Assembly (NCBI GenBank): GCA_030040015.1
Contig: JASHUM010000123.1
Location: 37,887 to 101,886 of the forward strand
DNA length: 64,000 nucleotides
From: Acidimicrobiales bacterium
GTDB lineage: Bacteria > Actinomycetota > Acidimicrobiia > Acidimicrobiales > UBA8190
Direction: 5' to 3'
Position numbers and translations under genes: made by a program. The notes under the pieces were generated by a model, which worked only from the letters and a program-made list of their open reading frames with translations, had not been told where the DNA came from and did not search any database. Positions 35,875-43,778 of the stretch are shown here, piece after piece (position 1 is the stretch's first letter; each line of letters begins with the position of its first letter).

Positions 35875-36639
35875 GTGGACCTGCGGCTCGATGGCAAGGT
35901 GGCGCTGGTGACGGGGGCGTCGCGAGGCATCGGCCGAGCCGTGTCCGAGCGCTTCGCCGAGGCCGGAGCACGAGTCATGCTCAGCGCCCGCAAGGCGCCC
36001 GATCTCGAGGAGGCGGCGGCGGCCATGGTCGGCTCCGGGGCCGAGGTCGACGTCTTTCCCGCCAATGCCGGCGATCCGGACGCCGCCGAGGCGTGCGTGG
36101 CAGCCACGTTGTCGCGATTCGGGGCGCTCGACGTGCTGGTGAACAACGCCGCCACCAATCCCTACTTCGGTCGCACCGTGGACATCGACCGCCCTCGCGC
36201 CGAGAAGACGCTGTCGGTCAACCTCGAGGGCGTGCTGGCCTGGACGCAGTGTGCCTGGCGAGCGGCCATGGAGGCAGGTGGCGGCACGGTGGTCAACGTG
36301 GCTTCCATCGGCGGCCTGTCCGTCGAGCCCGGCATCGGCTGGTACAACGTCACCAAGGCCGCCCTCGTCCACCTCACACGCCAGCTCGCCTGGGAGCTCG
36401 GCCCGGCCGTGCGGGTCAACGCCGTCGCCCCGGGTCTGGTCAGGACCGACTTTGCCCGGGCCTTGTGGGAGGACCATGGGGACCGGGTGGCGTCCCGCCT
36501 GCCGTTGAGGCGGATCGGCGCACCCGACGACGTGGCTCGTGTGGTCCTCTTCCTCGCCTCGGACGCCGCTTCGTGGATGACCGGGACGACGGTGGTCGTG
36601 GACGGCGGGGCCATGTCCTCACCTTCGGGGGGCACGTGA
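35875..36639 (+). CDS. Short-chain dehydrogenase/reductase (FabG-like)
   Basis: [16 protein letters not shown] cofactor motif, NNAA, and catalytic YNVTKAA (YxxxK). Confidence 0.85.
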   Translation: MDLRLDGKVALVTGASRGIGRAVSERFAEAGARVMLSARKAPDLEEAAAAMVGSGAEVDVFPANAGDPDAAEACVAATLSRFGALDVLVNNAATNPYFGRTVDIDRPRAEKTLSVNLEGVLAWTQCAWRAAMEAGGGTVVNVASIGGLSVEPGIGWYNVTKAALVHLTRQLAWELGPAVRVNAVAPGLVRTDFARALWEDHGDRVASRLPLRRIGAPDDVARVVLFLASDAASWMTGTTVVVDGGAMSSPSGGT

Positions 36640-37928
36640 GCGGCCCAGCAGCCGACCTCGTCGGCGACCTCGAGTTCCGGGGACTATGGCACCAGGAGGC
36701 GGGCACCAGGTTGTCCGACCGGCTGCGGGCCGGGCCGGTGACGGCCTACGTGGGCTTCGACCCTTCCAACGACAGCCTGCACGTCGGGAACCTGCTCCAG
36801 CTGTGCCTGCTCCGGCGCCTGCAGCTGGCCGGGCACCGGCCCATCTTCCTGGCCGGCGGGGGCACCGCCATGGTGGGCGACCCGGGTGGGAAATCCGAGG
36901 AGCGCGTGCTTCTCTCCGAGGAGCGGCTGCGGGCCAACCTCGAGTCGGTCCGTCCCCAACTCGAGCGCTTCGTCGACCTGGGCGCTCCAGGTGGCTCGGC
37001 CGCCCTGCTGCTCGACAACGGCGACTGGCTTCGACCCCTCACGTTGCTGGGCTTCCTGCGCGACATCGCCAAGCACTTCACCGTCAACGACATGGTGCAC
37101 AAGGAGTCGGTGCGCGCCCGGCTCGAGCGGCCCGACCACGGCATCTCCTTCACCGAGTTCAGCTACATGCTCCTCCAGGCCTACGACTTCCTCCACCTTT
37201 TCGAGCACCACGACTGCAGGCTGCAGCTCGGGGGGAGCGACCAGTACGGCAACATCACCATGGGCATCGAGCTCATCCGCAAGGTGCGCGGGGCCCAGGC
37301 CCACGGGCTGACCACGCCCCTGGTGCTGAAGGCCGACGGGACCAAGTTCGGCAAGACCGAGTCGGGCACGGTGTGGCTCGACTCCACCCGCACCAGCCCT
37401 TTCGCCCTCTACCAATTCCTCTTGCGCACCGAGGACGTCGTGGTGGGCGCCTACCTGCGCTACTTCACGTTCCTCGACCACGCCGCCATCCTCGAGCTCG
37501 ACGCCGCCACCGCCGAGCGCCCGGCCGAGCGCGCCGCCCAGCGGGTGCTCGCTCGTGAGCTGTGCACGCTCGTGCACGGCGAGGACGAAGCGGGCCGGGC
37601 CGAGCAAGCCTCGGAGGCGCTCTACACCGACGAGATCACGTCACTGGACGAGCAGACCCTGCTCGAGGTGTGCGCCGAGGCTCCCACCAGCGAGCGCTCC
37701 CGCGCCGAGCTCGACAGCGGGCTCAGCCTGGTGGACGCCCTGGCCGCCAGCGGCCTGGTGGGGTCGAAGTCCCAGGCCCGCACCACGATCACCCAAGGGG
37801 GGGCGTACGTGAACAACCGTCGCCAGTCCGACCCTGAGCGGGTGCTCCGACGCGAGGACCTCCTTCTCGATCGCTACGTGGTCCTGCGTCGCGGAAGGCG
37901 GGAGTACCACCTGTTGCGGTTCGCATGA
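36636..37928 (+). CDS. tyrS: Tyrosine--tRNA ligase
   Basis: HIGH-type motif SLHVGNL, GGSDQYGNI, KMSKS-type KFGKTESG, and a C-terminal S4 domain. GTG overlaps the SDR stop (GTGA). Confidence 0.95.
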   Translation: MSGPAADLVGDLEFRGLWHQEAGTRLSDRLRAGPVTAYVGFDPSNDSLHVGNLLQLCLLRRLQLAGHRPIFLAGGGTAMVGDPGGKSEERVLLSEERLRANLESVRPQLERFVDLGAPGGSAALLLDNGDWLRPLTLLGFLRDIAKHFTVNDMVHKESVRARLERPDHGISFTEFSYMLLQAYDFLHLFEHHDCRLQLGGSDQYGNITMGIELIRKVRGAQAHGLTTPLVLKADGTKFGKTESGTVWLDSTRTSPFALYQFLLRTEDVVVGAYLRYFTFLDHAAILELDAATAERPAERAAQRVLARELCTLVHGEDEAGRAEQASEALYTDEITSLDEQTLLEVCAEAPTSERSRAELDSGLSLVDALAASGLVGSKSQARTTITQGGAYVNNRRQSDPERVLRREDLLLDRYVVLRRGRREYHLLRFA

Positions 37929-38011
37929 TCGCGCTGGTTGCCATCGCCATCGTCGTCGTGGCCATCGTGGTGGTGGTGTTCGCCGCCACCCTCTTCGGGG
38001 CGCAGCGATGA
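37925..38011 (+). CDS. 28-codon micro-ORF encoding a single hydrophobic helix (MIALVAIAIVVVAIVVVVFAATLFGAQR)
   Basis: Absent from the ORF track because it is too short. Its ATG overlaps the tyrS stop (ATGA) and its TGA overlaps the next gene's ATG (ATGA). G/C-ending codons in 27 of 28 positions. Confidence 0.4.
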   Translation: MIALVAIAIVVVAIVVVVFAATLFGAQR

Positions 38012-38454
38012 GCGAGTCGCTGGGCATCACGGCGGGTCCACCCGAGACCGTGCTGCCACCGGCTCCACCCGAGGCGGTCGCCCGGTTGGACGGTGCCGTG
38101 GCAACGGCGGGCGGGCGCCGGCGCCCGGCGCTCGAGTCCGTGGCGCGCGCCTATCCGCAGTGGCCGGCGGCGTGGGCCGCCTTGGGCACGCTGGCTCTCC
38201 AGAGCGGGGAGGAGGTCCAGGCGTACGCCTACTTCCGAGCGGGCTATCACCGGGGTCTCGACGCACTGCGCAAGGCTGGATGGCGTGGGAGCGGTTACGT
38301 CCGGTGGTCGGCGCCCGACAACCGTGGTTTCCTTCGCTGCCTGCACGGGCTCGAACGGGCCGCTGCCGCCATCGGCGAGGACGACGAAGCCGAGCGCTGC
38401 GCCCTGTTCCTGCGACAGCTCGATCCAGCCTGGCCGCCGGCCGATCCCCGATGA
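38008..38454 (+). CDS. Conserved actinobacterial protein, DUF3151-like
   Basis: 148 aa (…YPQWPAAWAALG…AYAYFRAGYHRGLDALRKAGWRG…FLRCLHGL…AERCALFLRQLDP). This resembles my recollection of DUF3151. Not verified. Confidence 0.55.
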   Translation: MSESLGITAGPPETVLPPAPPEAVARLDGAVATAGGRRRPALESVARAYPQWPAAWAALGTLALQSGEEVQAYAYFRAGYHRGLDALRKAGWRGSGYVRWSAPDNRGFLRCLHGLERAAAAIGEDDEAERCALFLRQLDPAWPPADPR

Positions 38455-38897
38455 CGCGACCGTGCCGCATCGCCCTCTCGGGACTAGCGGCCGGGCTCGC
38501 CCTGACGGCGTGCTCCTCCGGTCCGACGTCGCTCTCCGCTCAGGTGCAGAGCTGGTCGAGCTCGACCGGGTTCCTGAGCGGGCTGCAGCAACTGCGCTCC
38601 GATCTGCGCGGGCTCTCCACCCTCCCGGCCGACAACGCCGGGGAACGGCGTACGGTGTGCGACGTCCTGGTCACTGACGCCCTGAACGACAACGAGCAGC
38701 TCCCCAGTCCCGACTCGACGTTGACGTCGCTGTTGTCCCGGGCGTACACGAAGGCGGCGACGGCGGGGCGGGACTGCTACCGGAGCGCGGCGTCGCTCCC
38801 GGCCACGCAGGCGGACGCCCAGGAGGCCACCAGCCTGCTGGTGGCGGCGGAAGCGCGTTACGACGGGATCACCTCCGAGCTCCCGGGATCCTCGTGA
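38451..38897 (+). CDS. Putative lipoprotein
   Basis: Signal peptide with lipobox MTRPCRIALSGLAAGLALTAC|SSG. ATG overlaps the upstream stop (ATGA). Confidence 0.7.
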   Translation: MTRPCRIALSGLAAGLALTACSSGPTSLSAQVQSWSSSTGFLSGLQQLRSDLRGLSTLPADNAGERRTVCDVLVTDALNDNEQLPSPDSTLTSLLSRAYTKAATAGRDCYRSAASLPATQADAQEATSLLVAAEARYDGITSELPGSS

Positions 38898-39481
38898 CCC
38901 CCGGCCCGGGCCCGGTGGTGGGGCCCGTGCCCGACGGCCGTCAACCGGAGGAGTACGACCGCCTGCGTCGACGAATCCTGTGGTCGCTCCCCACCGGCCT
39001 GTACGTGCTCGGCTCGTGCCGTGGCGCCGAGCGCAACCTCATGACCATCAGCTGGGTCACCCAGGTGTGCCTCGAGCCCAAGCTGGTGGCCGTGGGGATC
39101 GAGTCGACGGCGGTGACCGCCGGCCTGGTGCGGGCCGGGAGGTGCTTCTCGGTGAGCATCCTGCCCCGAAGTGAGCGCACGGTGGTCCGCAAGTTCGCCA
39201 AGCCGGTGCGCGACGCCGAGTTCGACGAGGAGGCGGGAACGGGCACCATGCACGGCGAGGCGGTGCGCATCGCCCCGAGCGGGACACCCGTGCTCTCGGC
39301 GGCGGCGGCGTGGATCGAGTGCGCCGTGCGCCACCAGGCGGAGCTCGGGTCCCACGCACTGTTCCTGGGCGAGGTGACCGACTGTGGCCTCGGTGCGCCG
39401 GGATCGGACCCGGGGCCGGCAGCGAGGGAGATCGGCGAGGTCCTGCGCATGGAGGACACCCGCATGAACTACGGCGGCTAG
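38894..39481 (+). CDS. Flavin reductase family protein (FMN-binding split barrel)
   Basis: LPTGLYVLGSC...NLMTISWVTQVCLEPKLVAVGI...HALFLGEV pattern typical of the flavin reductase-like domain. GTG overlaps the upstream stop (GTGA). Confidence 0.8.
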   Translation: MTPGPGPVVGPVPDGRQPEEYDRLRRRILWSLPTGLYVLGSCRGAERNLMTISWVTQVCLEPKLVAVGIESTAVTAGLVRAGRCFSVSILPRSERTVVRKFAKPVRDAEFDEEAGTGTMHGEAVRIAPSGTPVLSAAAAWIECAVRHQAELGSHALFLGEVTDCGLGAPGSDPGPAAREIGEVLRMEDTRMNYGG

Positions 39482-39491
39482 GTCGGCTCGT

Positions 39492-39725
39492 CTAGGACCG
39501 GTCCTCGGACCGGGGCCGCAAGTCGATGCGCAAGGTCAGGATGCCGTCGTCCAAGCTGGCCTCGGCGTCACCCACCATGGCGAAGTCCATGAAGTCGGTC
39601 TGGGCCTGTTCCATGAACCGGCGCCGCTCGGGCCCCTCCACCGGTGGGAGCCCCCGGTCCCGGACGGCTGCCGCCCGGTCCCGGAAACGAGCCACCATGG
39701 CCTGCGGGTCGAACTCGTCAGGCAC
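39492..39725 (-). CDS. Small hypothetical protein (about 68-77 aa)
   Basis: ORF with coding-like third-position bias. Plausible starts are GTG 39725 or ATG 39698. The longer ORF-track N-terminus (to 40025) looks non-coding. No family recognised. Confidence 0.35.
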   Translation of the reverse strand: MPDEFDPQAMVARFRDRAAAVRDRGLPPVEGPERRRFMEQAQTDFMDFAMVGDAEASLDDGILTLRIDLRPRSEDRS

Positions 39726-39839
39726 CGGGGCGACTGTAGCGGCCGGGGCACACGAGCCCCTGGCCGGGCCCGCCGCCCACGGCCCGCGCAACCCGGCTGA
39801 GCTGGGCCTGGGCCCGAAGGTGGGCCAACGGGTGGAAGG

Positions 39840-39845
39840 TAGAAT
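39840..39845 (+). promoter_or_regulatory. Candidate -10 element TAGAAT upstream of the 69-aa gene
   Basis: Near-consensus TAGAAT in an otherwise GC-rich spacer, about 70 nt upstream of GTG 39915. Confidence 0.3.
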
Positions 39846-39914
39846 GGGCGGGTCGCTGGCGACATGACTGCACAGGCAGTCCGTGGCTGGTCGGGCCCGA
39901 CGAAGGAGTCGCTC

Positions 39915-40124
39915 GTGAAAAAGGGTCGGCATCGCCGCTTCGAAGAGGCACGCTCGCTGAAGCGTTCCGTGGCCACCGCCAATCGCCGCTGTCCCGAGTG
40001 CGGTGCCGAGCCCGAGGACGAGCACGCGTCGTGGTGCATGGCGGAGTCCGACGAGTTCGAGCAGATCCTGGGCATCGACTCGGGGGACGACGACACCGGC
40101 GACGACGACCCGCTGAGCGACTGA
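39915..40124 (+). CDS. Small protein, basic N-terminus / CPxC...WC motif / poly-acidic C-terminus (69 aa)
   Basis: GTG 39915 preceded by a perfect SD GAAGGAG (39902-39908). VKKGRHRRFEEARSLKR...CPECGAEPEDEHASWC...DSGDDDTGDDDPLSD. Confidence 0.55.
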   Translation: MKKGRHRRFEEARSLKRSVATANRRCPECGAEPEDEHASWCMAESDEFEQILGIDSGDDDTGDDDPLSD

Positions 40125-40134
40125 TCAGGGCGCC

Positions 40135-40974
40135 TCAGCGGCGGCGCAACGCCGGATGGGGCAACGGGGTGACCGTTGGTGCCGGCTCCTCGCCGAGCCC
40201 GGTGGCCGTGGACCGGGCCTCGAAGTAGCGCAGCAGTCGCCGGTACACCTTTTCGCCCACCAGGGCCACGAGCTCGTCCTTGAGCTCGCGGTACACGGGC
40301 CGGTCCCCCACGAAGGCGTCGGGCGCCTCGGTGCACCACCAGTGGAACTCGGCGCCGCCGTCCCCCCAGTCACGACGGTCCCACTGCCGGATGACAGAGG
40401 TCACGTGCCCGTCGTCAGCCACCTCGTCCTCGCGTCGGAGCGGCAGCTGCCAGCACACCTCGGGCTTGAGCTCGAGGGGTGCCGTTCCCCGCTCCAACGC
40501 GGCGCGGTGCAAGGCGCAGCCGGCACCGCCGGGGAACCCGGGGCGGTTCAGGAAGATGCAGGCTTGTCGCACCACCCTGGTGGACAGCTCACCGCCGGCC
40601 GTGTGCTCGAAGATGCGCAGCTTCTTGCCCTGCCGCGGTTGTCCCTGCTTCCAGAACTGCCACTGTTCGGGCGTCAAGGTGGCAGCCGCCTTCTCCACCC
40701 GGCGGGCGTCCTTGCCTCCGGTGAGGTGTGCCCCGTACGAGCAGCAGCCCTGCTCGAGCTCGGGTGCCGGGCCGGTGAGCACGCCTTGGCACCCCCGACC
40801 GAAGATGCACGTCCAGTTGCTCTCCAGGAAGGTCAGGTCGAAGAGCCAGGTGCGCTCTTCCTCGGGGTCGGGGAAGCTCACCCACTCGTGCGTGTCTGCG
40901 GGGGCGCGTTTCCACGCCGCCACCTCGACGCCCGTCGCCGCACCGTGGCGGAGTCGGACCGGGGCGCGCGCCAT
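40135..40974 (-). CDS. Cysteine-cluster protein (279 aa, 8 Cys), possibly a YkgJ-like Fe-S/Zn-binding fold
   Basis: Its ATG shares one nucleotide with the radical SAM stop (TGATG). Cys pattern is C-x6-C-x14-CC ... C-x13-C-x20-C ... WWC. CIFLNRPGFPGGAGCALH...KPEVCWQLP is reminiscent of the CxxCxxCC zinc/iron-chelating domain. Confidence 0.65.
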   Translation of the reverse strand: MARAPVRLRHGAATGVEVAAWKRAPADTHEWVSFPDPEEERTWLFDLTFLESNWTCIFGRGCQGVLTGPAPELEQGCCSYGAHLTGGKDARRVEKAAATLTPEQWQFWKQGQPRQGKKLRIFEHTAGGELSTRVVRQACIFLNRPGFPGGAGCALHRAALERGTAPLELKPEVCWQLPLRREDEVADDGHVTSVIRQWDRRDWGDGGAEFHWWCTEAPDAFVGDRPVYRELKDELVALVGEKVYRRLLRYFEARSTATGLGEEPAPTVTPLPHPALRRR

Positions 40975-42434
40975 CAGCGCACTCCCGCCGTGCTCGACAG
41001 CGGTGTCGTCGTGGACGGCGCACCTCGCCGCTGGGAGGACGAGGGCTCGGCACAGCAGAACCAGGCCTCCGACAGCCGGGGGCGGCGTCCGGGCTCGAGC
41101 GAGGACTGCAGCGTGGGGAGGGCGGCGGCGATCGGCCGCAGTGCGCCGGAGCCGAGCACGTCGCAGACCTCCCTGCGAAGCGCGTCGTGGGCGGCGCCGG
41201 GGTCCCGGTTCTCGCTCCCGGCCCGCTCCGCCAGCGCCGCCAGCCGGCCCTGGAGCTCGTCGAGCCGAGGATCGGCGCTTCGCCACGACCAGGTCAGGTG
41301 CTCCGGGTCGTAGGGGCCGAGGCGTCCCTCGAGGGCGTCGCCGTCGAGCAGCAACGAGCCGGGCGGCACGAGAAGGCGGATGCTCCACTGCACGGGGTCC
41401 ACGTTCCCCACCAGGTCGCAGCGCTCGACGAGCTCCACCAAGTCGGCCAGGTCGGCCGGTGTCGTCCACGGCGTGAAGGGGAGGAGCGACGGCCGCGGCT
41501 CGATGCCGCTCGAGCGCAGCACCTCCACCGCCTCGACCTCATCGGCGCAGGTGTGTCCCTTGTCGAGGAGGGCCAGCAGCTCGTCGCTCGCCGACTCGAA
41601 GGCGGACACCACGAAGAGGCATCCCATCGAGGCCATCTCGGGCCAGGCGTGGCGATGGGCGAGCACGTGGCTGACCTTGGCCGTGACGTCGAAGGTCAGG
41701 TCGGGGAATGCGTGGTGCACCGCGGCGAGCACCCGCCTCGAGTGCTGGGGCCCGTTCAGGAAGTCGGGGTCCCCAAAGGTGACGTGTCGCGCTCCCAGGC
41801 CGACCAGCTGGGCCACGTCGGCCAGGACGTCCTCCACGCCGACCAGGCGCGTCCGGCCGTCGTAGACCACCGGGACCGGGCAGTGGCGGCAGCGATGGGC
41901 ACATCCGTGACTCGCCTCGACGTACCCGGCCACGCGCTCCTCGCCGTCGACCAACAGCCGGGCGTAGCGATCCAGCGGCGGCACGAGGCGCCGTGCCGGC
42001 AGGCCGAAACGCTGGCGGTCCAGGCGCACGCGGACCCGCTGGGCCGGGGCGGGAGCGTCACCATGGCCCTCGGCCAGGTCGTCGGCCAGTGCCACGAGTT
42101 CAGCCTCGTACTCGCCGATCACGCGCACGTCCGAGCCGGCACCGTGGTCCGATCCGTCGTCGACACCGGCGTACAGCCCGTACAGCCACACCGGGACGTC
42201 ACGCCGATGCCGGCGCACCGACGTGATGGCGTCACGAGCCAGCTGCAGCGCCGTGTGCATGGGAACCGACACGGCCACGGCGTCGGCCCACTGCACGCTC
42301 GGCGGGTCGAGGGTCTCCACGGCGAGGTCGAGGCAGCGCACCTCGTGCCCGGCGCGCGTCAGCGCGCCAGCCGGAGAGGCCAGGTGCAGTGGTTGGTGCC
42401 CGAGCTCGTAGGTGGAGAGCAGCAGGACGCGCAC
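40974..42434 (-). CDS. B12-binding-domain radical SAM protein with C-terminal CCAEP motif (CUAEP/CCAEP-tail radical SAM family)
   Basis: N-terminal Rossmann-like B12-binding-type domain (MRVLLLSTYELGHQPL...). Radical SAM cluster motif CAHRCRHC (CxxxCxxC). WFCCAEP lies 22 residues from the C-terminus (codons at 41043-41057). Confidence 0.85.
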   Translation of the reverse strand: MRVLLLSTYELGHQPLHLASPAGALTRAGHEVRCLDLAVETLDPPSVQWADAVAVSVPMHTALQLARDAITSVRRHRRDVPVWLYGLYAGVDDGSDHGAGSDVRVIGEYEAELVALADDLAEGHGDAPAPAQRVRVRLDRQRFGLPARRLVPPLDRYARLLVDGEERVAGYVEASHGCAHRCRHCPVPVVYDGRTRLVGVEDVLADVAQLVGLGARHVTFGDPDFLNGPQHSRRVLAAVHHAFPDLTFDVTAKVSHVLAHRHAWPEMASMGCLFVVSAFESASDELLALLDKGHTCADEVEAVEVLRSSGIEPRPSLLPFTPWTTPADLADLVELVERCDLVGNVDPVQWSIRLLVPPGSLLLDGDALEGRLGPYDPEHLTWSWRSADPRLDELQGRLAALAERAGSENRDPGAAHDALRREVCDVLGSGALRPIAAALPTLQSSLEPGRRPRLSEAWFCCAEPSSSQRRGAPSTTTPLSSTAGVR

Positions 42435-42486
42435 CAGCGCAACCGTAGCGGGCGAGCGTCGCGACAGGTTCGATCGTCGCTGGCGC

Positions 42487-43758
42487 TCACGAGCACGTGG
42501 CTCGCGACTGCGTCACTGCGCCGACGGGATCGGGCTCGATGCGCACCTTGAGGCGTCTTCCTGCCTCTCGCAGCGACCGTTCGACCTCGTCGGGCTCACG
42601 AGCGCGGGCGAAGACGAACCCGAGGTACCGGTTCCCCTCGGGAGGCGGGGACACGAAACGACCCGGGGCGACGGTGATGTCCACGGCGTGGACTCCGGGG
42701 ACCTCGAGCGCCTCCTCCTGCCCGTCCACCCGGCGCAGGAGCCCGGGACCGGGGATGGGGATCATGAGCACGCCCGAGGCGCCCGCCACCGGGGCCCGGT
42801 CCGGGACGCTCAGCCCCAGCGCCTGGGCCAACACGAGCTCCTCCAGGCTTCGCCCGTGCCCGAAGGCGAGGGCCCGGCCGCAGTGCCCGCCGATGGTCCG
42901 CGCCGCCACCTCGATGACGCTGGCCTTGCCCTCCGACACGCGCAGCTCGCCGTGCACCGGGCCCTCGACCAGCCCGAGCGACCGGGTGGCGGCGGCCAAG
43001 GTGCGGCGCGCTGCCTCCTGGTCGGCGGGTGACAGCCGGCTCGGGGTCACGTAGATCGTCTCCTCGAAGGCGGGGCCGTCCAGGGGGTCGGGCTTGTCGA
43101 AGACGGCGAGCACCTCGAGCTCCCCGTCGGACAGGAGTCCCTCGACCGCCACCTCGGGGCCCGGCACGAACCGTTCGACGAGGAGCGACGCTTCGGGATC
43201 GACGCCGGCCTCGGTGGCGATGGACCGCACGCGCCGGGCGACGGCAGCCACCTCGCCCGGGCCCTCGGCCCGGAGCACCCCCTGGCTCGCCGACAACGTG
43301 GCCGGCTTCACCACACAGGGGAACCCCACGCCCGCGGCGTGGCGCACCACCTCGTCGTCGCTCGCCGAAGCCGGGATCTCGGCGAAGGTCGGTTGGCCCA
43401 CCTCGCCCCGGTCGAGGAGCCGCCGCATGTGCAGCTTGTCGGCCGCCGCCGCCAGTGCCTCGGGTGGGTTGTGGCGCAGTCCCAGCATGCGAGCGGCGCG
43501 ACCGGCCACCTGGGCACCCCGGTCGTCGACGGCCACCACGGCGTCGATCCCCAGCGCGGCGTCGTGGGCGGTGACGGCCCGGGCTGCGCCCTCGGGGTCG
43601 TCGAGGTCGACCTGGAGGCTCCGGGCGCCCATGACTTCGGCCAGGGGCGGAGCCTCCTCCCCGGCCACGATCACCTCCACGCCCAGCCGGCGCGCCGCCT
43701 CGAGGAAGTCGCCGGCCTTGTAGGTGGAGGACGGGACGAGCAGGAGGACGCGGGCCAC
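42487..43758 (-). CDS. ATP-grasp domain protein (carboxylate-amine ligase type)
   Basis: Pre-ATP-grasp Rossmann region VLLLVPSSTYKAGDFLEAARRLGVEVIV. DKLHMRRLL...FPCVVKP...LVERFVPGPEVAVEGL...IEVAAR is typical of the ATP-grasp fold. Start is GTG 43758 or 43785. Confidence 0.8.
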   Translation of the reverse strand: MARVLLLVPSSTYKAGDFLEAARRLGVEVIVAGEEAPPLAEVMGARSLQVDLDDPEGAARAVTAHDAALGIDAVVAVDDRGAQVAGRAARMLGLRHNPPEALAAAADKLHMRRLLDRGEVGQPTFAEIPASASDDEVVRHAAGVGFPCVVKPATLSASQGVLRAEGPGEVAAVARRVRSIATEAGVDPEASLLVERFVPGPEVAVEGLLSDGELEVLAVFDKPDPLDGPAFEETIYVTPSRLSPADQEAARRTLAAATRSLGLVEGPVHGELRVSEGKASVIEVAARTIGGHCGRALAFGHGRSLEELVLAQALGLSVPDRAPVAGASGVLMIPIPGPGLLRRVDGQEEALEVPGVHAVDITVAPGRFVSPPPEGNRYLGFVFARAREPDEVERSLREAGRRLKVRIEPDPVGAVTQSRATCS

Positions 43759-43778
43759 CCCCCTATGATGGCGGCGAG

